From positions 18,972,001 through 19,036,000 of the forward strand of contig OZ076415.1 in NCBI GenBank assembly GCA_964187785.1: a stretch of DNA of 64,000 nt. Reading direction: 5' to 3'. The position numbers were made by a program, and so were the translations under genes. Below, one piece after another: positions 1-10,700 of the stretch. Positions within the stretch are counted from its first letter, which is position 1. Each line of letters opens with the position of its first letter. The DNA is from Amphiscolops sp. MND2022 (Eukaryota). The notes under the pieces are model-generated. The model was not told the origin of the DNA and did no database searches. It saw nothing but the letters and a program-made list of their open reading frames with translations.

Positions 1-150
1 AATATCAGTCGTGAGAACTTGCAACAGAACAAAATCTTGAAGGTGATTCGAAAGAGTTTGGTCAAAAGATGTCTGGAACTGTTTGACGAAATTTGTGAAG
101 ACAAGGATAACTACAAGAAGTTTTACGAACAATTCGGCAAAAACATCAAG
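1..150 (+). CDS. hsp90: Cytosolic Hsp90, internal exon (5' part lies outside the window)
   Basis: Translates [28 protein letters not shown]...YEQFGKNIK, the Hsp90 middle domain; GT donor (gtaggt) at 151. Confidence 0.97.
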
Positions 151-198
151 GTAGGTTCTATTTCATCGATCTTTGACTTGCTTTTTCCAATAGTTTTC

Positions 199-249
199 AT
201 GATGACAATTTGCACCACCGTTTGATCAATGAAATAATATACCATCTGA
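199..249 (+). ncRNA. Intronic box C/D snoRNA candidate, snR55/SNORD33-like guide (18S helix 34 U)
   Basis: C box ATGATGA 199-205, D'-like TTGA 222-225, D box CTGA 246-249. Guide TGCACCACCG (211-220) is complementary to the conserved 18S motif UGGUGGUGCA, with position +5 opposite the U equivalent to yeast Um1269 (rRNA recalled from memory). Confidence 0.6.
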
Positions 250-287
250 GTTCCTGGATGTCTCTTCGTTTGGATTTTGTTTTGAAC

Positions 288-338
288 GTGATGTTTCAAA
301 CTAGAGTCTCTGATCATATGACGATTGATAACATCTGA
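288..338 (+). ncRNA. Intronic box C/D snoRNA candidate, snR78/SNORD52-like, copy 1
   Basis: C-like GTGATGT 288-294, guide TCAAACTAGAGTC 296-308, D' CTGA 310-313, D CTGA 335-338. Guide is antisense to LSU rRNA GACUCUAGUUUGA. Confidence 0.7.
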
Positions 339-395
339 GCTGGAATCAGATCTGAATTTCCTGAAAGTAGTGCATTTGTTTTTGGATTTTTTAAC

Positions 396-446
396 GTGAT
401 GTTTCAAACTAGAGTCTCTGACCATATGACGATTGATAACTTCTGA
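396..446 (+). ncRNA. Intronic box C/D snoRNA candidate, snR78/SNORD52-like, copy 2
   Basis: GTGATGT 396-402, same 13-nt guide 404-416, D' CTGA 418-421, D CTGA 443-446. Confidence 0.7.
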
Positions 447-722
447 GATGAATCAAATTCAAGTTTCTTAATGTCTCCATAAAGAAGTTTGTTTTTTCAT
501 AGGTTCGAAATTTGATGCTAAAATTGAATTGGTTGGCCATTTTTTGATTCATGAATAATTTTGTGGGCACTGAAAAAATCAGCAGGCACCATGGCATCGC
601 ACTTTTGATTTTTCCTTGATTGGCTTCATTCCTCAAGCTATCCCATCAGTATTTTTTCCGTGATTGGTTTCATTCCTTGATCATTTTCTTCGTTCTTCCC
701 ATTTGTTACCTTCCCGGTCTAG

Positions 723-772
723 ATGATGTTTCAAACTAGAGTCTCTGAACAATGATTAACATTTTCATCTGA
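723..772 (+). ncRNA. Intronic box C/D snoRNA candidate, snR78/SNORD52-like, copy 3
   Basis: ATGATGT 723-729, guide 731-743, D' CTGA 745-748, C'-like ATGATTA 752-758, D CTGA 769-772. Boxes and guide are conserved while the sequence between C' and D has diverged. Confidence 0.7.
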
Positions 773-838
773 GTTCATTCTAGTTAATTTTTCAAAGCAT
801 AAAAGTTCTTGATGTCATGACTTGTCTTTTCATTGCAG

Positions 839-1255
839 CTTGGAATTCACGAAGATTCCACCAACAGGAAGAAATTGGGCGACTATCTGAGATACTACAG
901 CTCCAACTCGAAGGAGGAAATGTGTTCTCTGAAGGATTACGTCGGCCGAATGAAGGAGAACCAGAAGGACATTTACTACATCACTGGCGAGAGTAAGGAA
1001 CACGTCATGAACAGCGCCTTTGTCGAGCGAGTTGTGAAGCGAGGATTCGAAGTTGTGTACATGACAGAGCCCATCGATGAATACTGCGTGCAGCAGCTGA
1101 AGGAATACGATGGCAAGAAACTGGTTTCCGTCACCAAGGAGGGTCTGGAACTGCCCGAGGACGAGGATGAGAAAAAGAAGTTCGAGGAAGCCAAAGCCAA
1201 ATTCGAGCCATTGTGCAAAGTCATGAAGGACATCCTGGACAAGAAAGTTGAAAAG
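839..1255 (+). CDS. hsp90: Cytosolic Hsp90, internal exon
   Basis: ttgcag acceptor ends 838; [13 protein letters not shown]...IYYITGESK...[34 protein letters not shown]...DKKVEK; GT donor at 1256. Confidence 0.97.
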
Positions 1256-1289
1256 GTGAGATTTCTCTTTGTCAAAAATTGTTACTTTT

Positions 1290-1407
1290 CCGTCAATGGC
1301 AATTGAGCTTCGAATAACCGTTGGTCCTTGCCAATGACGGTATATTATACCTTTCCTGGTGAGTCAGCGGAAACCCTTGGTTTCCGCGTTGCACTTGGGA
1401 AACAATT
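1290..1407 (+). ncRNA. Intronic H/ACA snoRNA candidate, snR191/U19(SNORA74)-like (LSU helix 69)
   Basis: Hairpin 1 CCGTCA..TGGCAA / TTGCCA..TGACGG (1290-1340); H box ATATTA 1342-1347; hairpin 2 with perfect upper stem GCGGAAACC/GGTTTCCGC (1367-1387); ACA at 1402-1404, 14 nt from the pocket. Pocket arms GAGTCA and GTTGC fit GUAAC-U-A-UGACUC. Confidence 0.72.
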
Positions 1408-1515
1408 TTTCTCGTAGCTCGATGAATATTGGTGAATTTTAGGAATTTGAAATTTCGAATTCAAACTTCCGAGAGCGTCTTCCCGAATTAAGTGTCAAAA
1501 AGTTGATTGTTTCAG

Positions 1516-1965
1516 GTTGTGGTCTCTAACAGACTCGTTTCGTCTCCCTGCTGTATTGTGACCAGCCAGTATGGATGGTCTGCTAACATGGAAAGAATCA
1601 TGAAAGCCCAAGCTTTGAGAGACACAAGCACCCTGGGATACATGGCGGCCAAGAAGCACTTGGAAATCAACCCTGACCATTCCATCATCGAGACTCTGAG
1701 GGAGAAGGCAGAGGCCGACAAAAACGACCGTGCAGTGAAAGACTTGGTGATGCTTCTGTTCGAGACATCTCTGCTCTCGTCTGGTTTCACCCTGGAAGAC
1801 CCTCAGGTGCACTCGAACAGAATCCACAGAATGATCAAACTCGGTCTCGGCATTGATGAGGAGGACGAGCCAATGAACACTGATGACACAGAAGCCACCA
1901 ATGACAACCCACCTCCGCTAGAGGGAGAGGACGACGATGCCTCTAGAATGGAGGATGTTGACTAA
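1516..1965 (+). CDS. hsp90: Cytosolic Hsp90, terminal exon ending MEDVD-stop
   Basis: tttcag acceptor ends 1515; [36 protein letters not shown]...HLEINPDH...[11 protein letters not shown]...[11 protein letters not shown] at 1963-1965. Confidence 0.97.
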   Translation, partial: VVVSNRLVSSPCCIVTSQYGWSANMERIMKAQALRDTSTLGYMAAKKHLEINPDHSIIETLREKAEADKNDRAVKDLVMLLFETSLLSSGFTLEDPQVHSNRIHRMIKLGLGIDEEDEPMNTDDTEATNDNPPPLEGEDDDASRMEDVD

Positions 1966-4959
1966 ATTTGCCACTACTTAACTTGACAGCGTTTCTAGAT
2001 GTTTGATGTTCACATTTTGTTTTCATTTCAATGATTTTTGAAAAGTCATTTTGATATGTATGAACTGAGCTATTGAAAATCGTTTGCAATTGTTATGCAG
2101 CAATAGAATTTTGATATATTTCCTGTCATTTTTTAATTACCTAGATGGTATATAATTTGATGGTCGGAAATTGAACTTTATGAAGACCTGACAATCTTTT
2201 AGCGAAGATGAGTTTAGACGAGAAAGATTGCGCTTCATGAAACTATGCTAAGAATTTGGAAATTTGCATGCTTTTTCCATCGTCAGCTTGATGACTCAGA
2301 AGTTGGTTTGTCTGGAATTAGCTTGGAATACGCATGCATCACTCCATTAGCTGGCTTAAATTTAGCTGACGCTTTCGCTCGAAAGTTCGAATTTTGTTTT
2401 CTGTCCAGACATCACAATTTTTCAAGCGAAGTTATACGAATATTCTCAAATTTTCCTTGAAATGCTTTGACATGAGAAAACCAGTTTTCGAGCAGCTGAA
2501 ATTTTTCGGCTCCTAAGACCTTAATGTGCCGTGAATTTAATCTTGAACATGGGGAAGTGACGGTGCCTGTACCGCAATTTTAATTTTGATATTCAGTTCT
2601 TGAACAAAAGATTAGACCAAAATTGAGAATGCGACAAATCAATTTCTCGATGCAAAATTTACCCATTTTAACGATTCAAACATGCGCACTTTACTCGAGA
2701 ATGTTTACACCGATGTGTTGTAGAATTCAGCCTCAATCTTAAAATTGCTCAGCTGGCTATGCTATCAACTCCAATAATGACTGATTTGAAATAAACAGAC
2801 AAGCAGAAACACGTTCATTTTCTTGTTCACTAAAACAATCATTGCTTGACTCAGATGAACCGTTCGCTGGGAATTTTTGAAAGTATATGTGAAAACTATT
2901 GTCCTATTTAATTTTGAATTATAACTGGATGCGGGAGTTGACGTTTCGAACATTTGTATTTTTCCAAAATGAATTAAAAAGTACCGCTTTTTGATATAAC
3001 GCTGATATCCAACTTTTTTACGTTTAATCTATTTGACCAGTTATCGAATTAAATCTATATTTTTTTTGCTATTAAGAGGGCCGAGATTCGCATCTATCGA
3101 ATGACTACTTTTTGAACCTCTTTAATTTGACCTAAAACAATTTGTTACAACGTTTACGACAAAGGATGTAGTTTGTCCGAAAAAATGGTCGTATTCGGAT
3201 TCGTTCGGGAGGAAGAAGCGTGAACTGGCAGACCAATGTCGAACTCTTCACCCCTCCAACTTTAGCTACAATGGTACTCGCTTGTTATAACTTTCATATC
3301 CACCAATCCGAGTCAAATTCAAGAACGTTAAGTCGATCTAGGTTTGAAAAATGATTGACAATATATCCGAAATATCCAAGGTTTCACTGCCATGAGTTCA
3401 CGTCGAACTTTTGTATTTTCCCAGAATTAAACTACAGTGATTCTAGAAAAAGCAACATAGCACGCGGAAAGAAAGCAAATGAACAAATATCATTGGCTGA
3501 TCAAGGTCTCACACGCTCATTTCATTGGTCGAGAGCGAATTCCAAAACATCATTTTTTTTAGTTTTTTAAAGTTTTCACCCACTTACAATTTTTTGATTT
3601 CAAAATAATTTTGACAGAAAAATTCTCAAACATTTCGAATCTGCCAATATAATTTTTTCTCGAAAATATTCTAAATTGTATTAGTATGAGCTTGTTTTAA
3701 GTCGATAAACTTCGAAATCATATCTTAATACATGTATTTTTGAAAAAGTCTAATTTATACAGCGTATTTTTTCTACCATTTTAGGATGATTTCTAAATCA
3801 AAACATATGAAGGGCTTCGGTTAATTCAGGGGACTCGATTGCACATGAAATTTCTCTCTCAAATTTTAGGCAAAAAATGACTAAAAATGAGGAAAACCTC
3901 AATTTTGACCTAAATTTGGTTAAAAATGGCCTATCGTAACTTTTACAATTTTCATCACATAACCTTCAAATAAACATATTTGTAAACTAGATAAAAATCC
4001 AAGAAACTTTCAACTTTATCATTTTTCAAAAATCGCTGCCGTTTAGAGATATTCGATCTTGAGATTTGCCTTTTGTTGCTTTTAGAAATATCACTACTGC
4101 ATTTTCAACGATAGCAAAATTCTGTTAACGACACTTGACGACTTCTTTCGTCAATCCTGCTCTCTACTCTGGACTTTCAGAGGTGCGCAGCGGAGAAATG
4201 TTTCTTCGGTAGCTTACACTCAAAGACTCTAACTTCGTGTTCGGACTTCAAAGCGATGTATGTGTATTTTTCTCTGTGAACACCTCAACATCTGCTAGAA
4301 GCGCTCCTTGATGCTCCCTACATGCGTATCAGATGATTTCTTGCTTCTTTTAAATTGGGGAAGTTTAAGTTTCTCGAAAGCTTCAAAAACATTACAGAAA
4401 TTGCCCAAAATAGTCAAAATGTTTTTTAAGGCATGTTCGGTGTTTTTGAGGAATTCTTCAAAAAACCATTCTATCGCTCTGGAAAACTAACTGGTTTTTT
4501 GTTGAGCTTCGAGAATAATCGAACTTTCCGAAGCATCCGTTTAAAAGTTGCCATAAAATTTAGAAGAAAATCTGTTCAAAATTTGCAATTGTTTATCGAA
4601 TTATGGAAACTTTTGATGCAAGTATTCTGTCTTTGAATACTGTGATTATTCATACCCACCGCAAATTTGTTGTACAGAAATTGACAGGCACAGTTAAAAG
4701 TTGAGAAAAGTTGATAATTCATGGGGTTTCTGGGGCTTTTTTGATTCTATTTCCTGAAAGCGTGCTATATATATGTTCTGTTCATCTTTGGATTCACTGG
4801 CTTTCATATTCTAATGGAAAAGTTGACAAACTGATTTCCACTGAAATAATATGTGTTACTATTCGAATTTTTTTTAGGGCATTTCATTTTTTTTCAAAAC
4901 TAGGTTTCTAAAAGAAAGAATATGCTACACAGATACTGTATTCATTTTCAAACGATGTG

Positions 4960-6250
4960 TGCAACCTACACGATAAAAATTTGCAGCGAAGTGTTATTTG
5001 TTTTGTTTTTTGTCCAAGAAAATTGATTCTGACTATTTGTCTCTCCCACGAAATTGATTGTTGTCGTTCACATCTTTCTAGTCGCTTTCAATTATTTCCA
5101 GATTTGAAATGTTTTGAAATGAACAATTTGAATAAAAATTGTGGTGTTACTGTGATTGATGATCCGCTGTCTATTATGAATTGTACTGGTTATTGATCGA
5201 TAGTGTTGTTGTGAAAATCCCTCTTCGTTTTACTGTTCTTGGTTTTGAATTTTGTTATAGTCCTGGTTGTTTTGTTCAGCCGAGTAGAATACATCCTCTA
5301 TGTACTGTTCCTATTTGGGTAGTCTTCGTAATGTCCTTTCGTTTTGCAGTTCCTACATTGGTGAATTTTGATAAGCAGTTGTTATCGCGATTAGTGTGAA
5401 GCTCCACATTGTCCACAGGGGTTATCTTCATGTTTTGTTTTATTGTGTTCCAGTATTTTCTTTAGTCTGTGGTACCGGGGTATGTCTGACCACTTTGGTT
5501 TGTACGGCCTTCCTTGAAGATGATTTCAGCTCCTTCCGTTGTTCGGGATGTTTGAGTCGTACAACCTATTAGACATATATTCATGTATTAGACCAGTTAT
5601 TGTCTCGATTGTCCTGTTTTTTTTTGTGATCGTTTTTTAGTTGGTAATTCTTGTAGATCTACCTATGAATGATAGAAATTTTGAGGTGATTAGTTGCGCG
5701 GGTGTCAATTTGTCGAACTTGTAATTTTCTCTGCTTGTAGTAGTAGACCCAAGTAGTGGTCCATCCGTCTCGGGCTGTTTCGTTTGGTTCTCTTGTAATT
5801 CCAAAGACGTCTGCTCTGCTGTGAAAATTATTTCATTCCAGTATAAAGTGTAAGAGGAAAAGCGAGTTTAGTTGATTGATGTCCTTCCTGTTTGGGTAGT
5901 TGTCTGTAACGGTTTGTGTCATCTCTGTTACTGCTTTGTCTAGAGCCCAAATGAATTCATATTTGATCCGCAATTCCAAATCGTCCCCGAATTTATCGAA
6001 AGTTTCTTAATGAGATGCCAGTGTGCCCGAGTCAAAAATAGTGCCTCCTTTAAATATATTATATGAATTGCTTCTGCCATAAATCAACTTCCTGATGTTG
6101 ATCTTTTGTTGGGCTTTTCATTTTCTATTTTTCTTCTCCTCTTCAGGTTCTTAGCTTGAAGAACGTCTGGTATATATTGCTCGTTCCTTCGTATTTGGTG
6201 TTGTCACATTCTTTTTCAGGTTGTTGACCATGCTGTATTTCATTAGAATG
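4960..6250 (-). mobile_element. Decayed Ty3/Gypsy gag-protease relic
   Basis: Minus-strand manual translation gives CGQCGASH, a CRNCKTKGHYED zinc-knuckle remnant (~5324-5357) and the aspartic protease motif FIIDSGSSITV (DSG at 5163-5171), with many stops. Boundaries approximate. Confidence 0.7.
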
Positions 6251-7223
6251 TAAAGGGTAAGAAGGATAAGAGGTCAGTACTACTTTTTGGTGTATTACAA
6301 CGCAGAGTGATTATCGTACATTTACGACACTCCAATACAGTTTAGGTTGGTACTTGGCTGTCGAGGTTACAATAATGGACAAATGTCACAAACCCTAAAT
6401 AATTTGTTAGAATAAATGCATTACGGTTGAAAGTTTGATAAATGTTTAAAATAATGTAAAAAGATAATGATACTGTTGAAAGATGTCAGACTGATTTCAT
6501 TTATCTGACACAATCCTAAATTTTAATGACACTTCTTTCAAACCCTTCACATAAAATGGATGCAATGAATTGTTCAGACTAGCATTTCAAACCGAACGAG
6601 TTAGCAAGTAAGTTTCACTTTTCGCGGTTAGAAAAAGTCGACCGTGACGTTTTACTTTTCTAGTGACTCTTCGTTTAGCTTCCAAATTGGTGGAAATTGG
6701 TCCATTTTGGAATTTTCCGTCTTGATAGAAACTCACCACAGTAAAAGAGAATTTTGTTTTAAATAAAGCTCTGGAGTTTCAAGTACTTACTGTATCGATG
6801 CATTTTGATTTGGTTGATGTTTTGCTTTCTTAGTGATCAAAGTATCAATGTGATGTTTTCTTTTCTCTTTGTCACAGGCTGCGCCTGTGACGGCAACTAT
6901 TACCAGATTTTGGTAGAGGGCGATAATAACCCCCCACCAGGCGTTCTACCACTTTGAACCGTGTGGACCTTCAACCAACCTGCAGTCCACGCGGCCACAC
7001 AAAAACTTAGTGATACGAAACATGAAATGTAATATACTTCTGATATTTTTATTTGTGTTTGTCATACTGAGAGATGATTGCTGTTTAATATTACGTTGAA
7101 ATGCTGATTGCAAAGTGCTCATTCTAAATTGACACGGAAAGTATAGATAAGTTGAATGCAATTAGATCGACACAGGAAAAGAGTTCAAATGAACTTTCAC
7201 TGTCGCTCGACGTACACACTGTC

Positions 7224-7605
7224 TGAAAGGAATATAGGAATATAACTTTCGACAGCTATATCTCGTTTGAAAAAGGGAAGAATATCAACTTCTATTGAAA
7301 TGTTTTTTGGTCCCGAATAACTGTAATGAATATCAAAATAATATGTACGAACATGCAAAAGAACAAAACTTGTCTACAAATATTAATAAACATAATTGAA
7401 GTTTCGAGATAGCAAAGTTCGAAGGTCAAAAGCAAAGTTTTTTACTATGTATTTTTGCGGAATATAATTTTACCAAACATTTTTCGGTTGCCAGGATTCG
7501 AACCTACATCCTAATGGTTGATAGTCTAGCGCGCATCCTCTATGCTATCGCTACTTGATTTCCGTTAATTTAATCTTATTTGTAAACTTTAGTTGCTTTG
7601 CAACA
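7224..7605 (-). repeat. BEL element 3' LTR (382 bp)
   Basis: Minus strand reads TGTTGCAAAG...TTCCTTTCA. Preceded on the element strand by PPT-like GGGCCCGGAGGA (7606-7617). Near-identical to 16092-16453 apart from scattered substitutions and small indels. Confidence 0.9.
7485..7554 (-). promoter_or_regulatory. tRNA-like segment with Pol III A and B boxes inside the 3' LTR
   Basis: Minus strand GTAGCGATAGCATAGAGGATGCGCGCTAGACTATCAACCATTAGGATGTAGGTTCGAATCCTGGCAACCG: A box TAGCATAGAGG, B box GGTTCGAATCC. Acceptor and anticodon stems pair poorly, so it is not called a functional tRNA. Confidence 0.7.
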
Positions 7606-7756
7606 TCCTCCGGGCCCGAGAAGATGTGGTGAAGAAAACTCAAAAAATTAAATGAACCTTTTTTTTCAAATTCATGAAGTATACATGCAATGTTTATTGT
7701 TTAATGAGTACATGTTATCAGTAACGAACAAAAGGGGTTGAGAATGAGACAGTGTT

Positions 7757-10700
7757 TCATTCAGGAATGGGAAAGACGGGAGAGAGCTTGACGATGGGAC
7801 GGGTGAGGTTACCAGATGATGTCTTTACTTCCGCTGACCGCGCGACGGAATCGGCGCCGCAGTTTAACTTGACCACACGGGCCAGCGGATAGTGTCCTCT
7901 CGGCGTGGTGGGCTCCACTATCCAGACTAGATCTCCCGTCTTGAGTTCGCGGTTAGAGGGAGTCATCCATTTAGAACGGCGGTTGAGCGTTGGAACGTAC
8001 TCCTTAAGCCATCGGTTCCAAATTGCGTCTGAATACGCTTGAGCTCGAACGTACCGCTTTCGATGATCTATTTCAGCCTGAAAATGGGTCGGTAATGTGG
8101 AACTAGGAGTTCCCAACAATAAATGGTTCGGTGTAAGCGCATCCAGGTCCGTAGCTTCAGTGCTTGCGGCAGTTATTGGTCGAGCATTGAGGCATTGTTC
8201 CACAAGGCAGAACGTTGTCGACAAAATTTCGTCGGTTAGGCGGTGGGTCCCCAATACCGCGTAAAAAACGTGTTTGAAACTACGGACTACGCGTTCCCAG
8301 ACACCTCCATGGTGGGGAGCACTCGGTGGGTTAAACATCCACTTAATTCGTTTCTTCAAGAGTGCGTCGTTGAGGACTTGCTGGTTCCAATTGTTGATGT
8401 TGTACATGAGTTCTTTTTCACTGGCTACGAGATTTGTGCCGTTGTCAGACCAAATTACGGATGGGGTGCCCCGGCGGGCGCAAAACCTTTCAATCCCCAT
8501 CACGCAGCTACTCGTGTCCATGCTCGGGACCACCTCGAAGTGGACAGCACGAGTCGTGAGGCAGGTAAAAAGAAAGCCCCATCTTTTCTCCGTAGATCGT
8601 TTGACCGATACAAAGAAAGGTCCGAAAAAATCAATTCCCGTGTTCGAAAACGGGGGTTCTTTGAAAGCGAGTCTTTCACGAGGTAGATCTGACATCATTT
8701 GAGTCAATGTTTCGGCTCTTTGTTTTCGACAGGTTACGCATCGGGAAACAATTGTTCTCAGGGTGGTTCTCAGTTTGACTACAGCAAATCTCTGCTGCAC
8801 CAAAGCTCGTAGGTAGTCGACACCCTGGTGGTAATGGTTTTGTGCAGATGCTCTAGAAGAAGCCGCACCAATGGATGACGACCATCTAGAACAACGGGAT
8901 GTTTAACATCAAATGTGGCAACGTTTAGTTGTTTCGTGCGCCCAGAAGCTCTTATCAGACCATTCGGTCCAATAAAGGGGGAAAATTGCGCTATTTTGGA
9001 GGTTCTGTTGAGTGGCGAGGATTTCAGTAGGTTAGTTTTCTCTGAAGGGAATGATTCGAATTGGGCACTATAAAACAGTCGTTGTTCGGCATGTTCCAGT
9101 TCCGCCGGGTCGGTGATTGCAGGAGAAGGGCACCTGTAGAAGCAGTTCTTGTTCAATAGCCGTAACATGTAGGCTACAATGCGCAGGAGTTTCTCGTATG
9201 AGCGATACTTCTGCCACTCGAAAGTTTGTGCAATTGTAGACTGAGTTGCGGACACCATCGTAGTTGACGATTCTGTTGCTGGTGACGGACTGGAACCTTT
9301 TGGTTTCTTCAGCTTCCATCGGCAGTCTTCGGATGGCTCAAAGGGCCATTGGGGCGTTTTCAGGAACTCAGGTCCTTTCAACCAACTGCTCTCCATTAGA
9401 GCGTTTGCTGACATGCCTCTGGTGCCTGCATCTGCTGGGTTATTGCTCGATTGAACGTAATTCCACTCATCTGTCGTAGTTAGCTCCAAGATATCCGCCA
9501 CACGATTAGCTACGAAGACTGGTTGCTTTTCGAGGGAGTAAATGCATTGTAGGACAGTGGTGCTGTCGGTCCACATGAAAGTCCTGCTTATGTCGAGCGT
9601 CAGAGCCTTTTGAACGTCCTTCCTTAGTCTTGCTGCACGCAACGAGGCTTGGAGCTCGAGTTTTGGTATGGTCAAGGCTTTCATGGGTGCCAGTCTGGCT
9701 TTTCCAAACACGAATGCGAGTTTTGTTTGTGGGCAACTGTTTCCACTGATAACCTTTCCTCGGAGGAAGACGACCGCACTGAACACTTCTTGTGGACTAT
9801 CACCAAAGATGTGAAGTTCTAGTGCTTCGACTTTTCCTTGGAAGTATGTTCGCGCGATTGCGATGTCACTAAGCGCTGGTAACTCTTTGGTCCAGTCGAG
9901 GAACTTGGTTACAATATCTTGCGGTAAGTCGTCATCCCACTGCTGCCCACTTAGTCTCCAGATATCTTTGAGTAGCAGGCGCGCTTTGACAGTATACGGT
10001 GCAACTAGCCCAATGGGGACCAAAGAGACCAGACTCAGAACTACCCTTTGTGTAACAGTTGGTTCGATATCAGGGTTTGTACCGCGGCTGACTACAAGGG
10101 TATCGGTAGCGTGGTTCCATTTCAACCCAAGCACATGGGACGATTCTTCACCACTAGGGATTTCTTTCACTTCAGTTGCTGGCGTCGGATCGGTTTCCAG
10201 TTGCGCAGGGATTGATGGCACGTTTGACACGAACTTGGTTAACTTGAAGCCTCCCAGCGAAAGCAGTTTCACCAGGTCCTCAGCTTTGCGTGTTGCTTCT
10301 TTAATCGTCGGGCACGACTCTAGGTAGTCATCCATGTAAAAATTACTGAGAACACTTTGAGCGGCTTCAGGGAACGTTGACTGGTTGTCCGTTGCTGTTC
10401 TCCTCAGTGCATAGTTCGCACAAGTGGGGGAGTCTTTAGATCCAAAGATATGACGGACATACTGGAACACAGCAACATCGGATGCTGGATCTTCGCGCCA
10501 CAGGAAACGAAGTGACGGCCTGTCTTCTGGAATTACTCCAACTTGTAGGAACATTCCTTCAATGTCTGCCGACACGGCATACGGGTATTGTCGGAATCGA
10601 ATCAAAATGTGGATGAGACTCTGCAACAGGTCTGGTCCAGTCAAGAGTGAATTGTTCAAGGAATGGCCTTGGAACTTGGCGGCGCCGTTCAACACTCGTC

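Noticed and set aside
249-262. TTCCTGGATGTCT resembling U14 domain B
   Set aside because: No following CTGA and no domain A.
505-575. Possible fifth C/D snoRNA (TGATGC...CTGA)
   Set aside because: Weak C box and no convincing rRNA-complementary guide recognised.
2245-4911. Short ORFs of 60-80 aa in AT-rich intergenic DNA (also 63709-63954)
   Set aside because: No motifs or splice support, and many use non-ATG starts; consistent with chance.
7485-7554. Functional tRNA gene
   Set aside because: Acceptor and anticodon stems do not pair properly, and the sequence is part of both LTRs.
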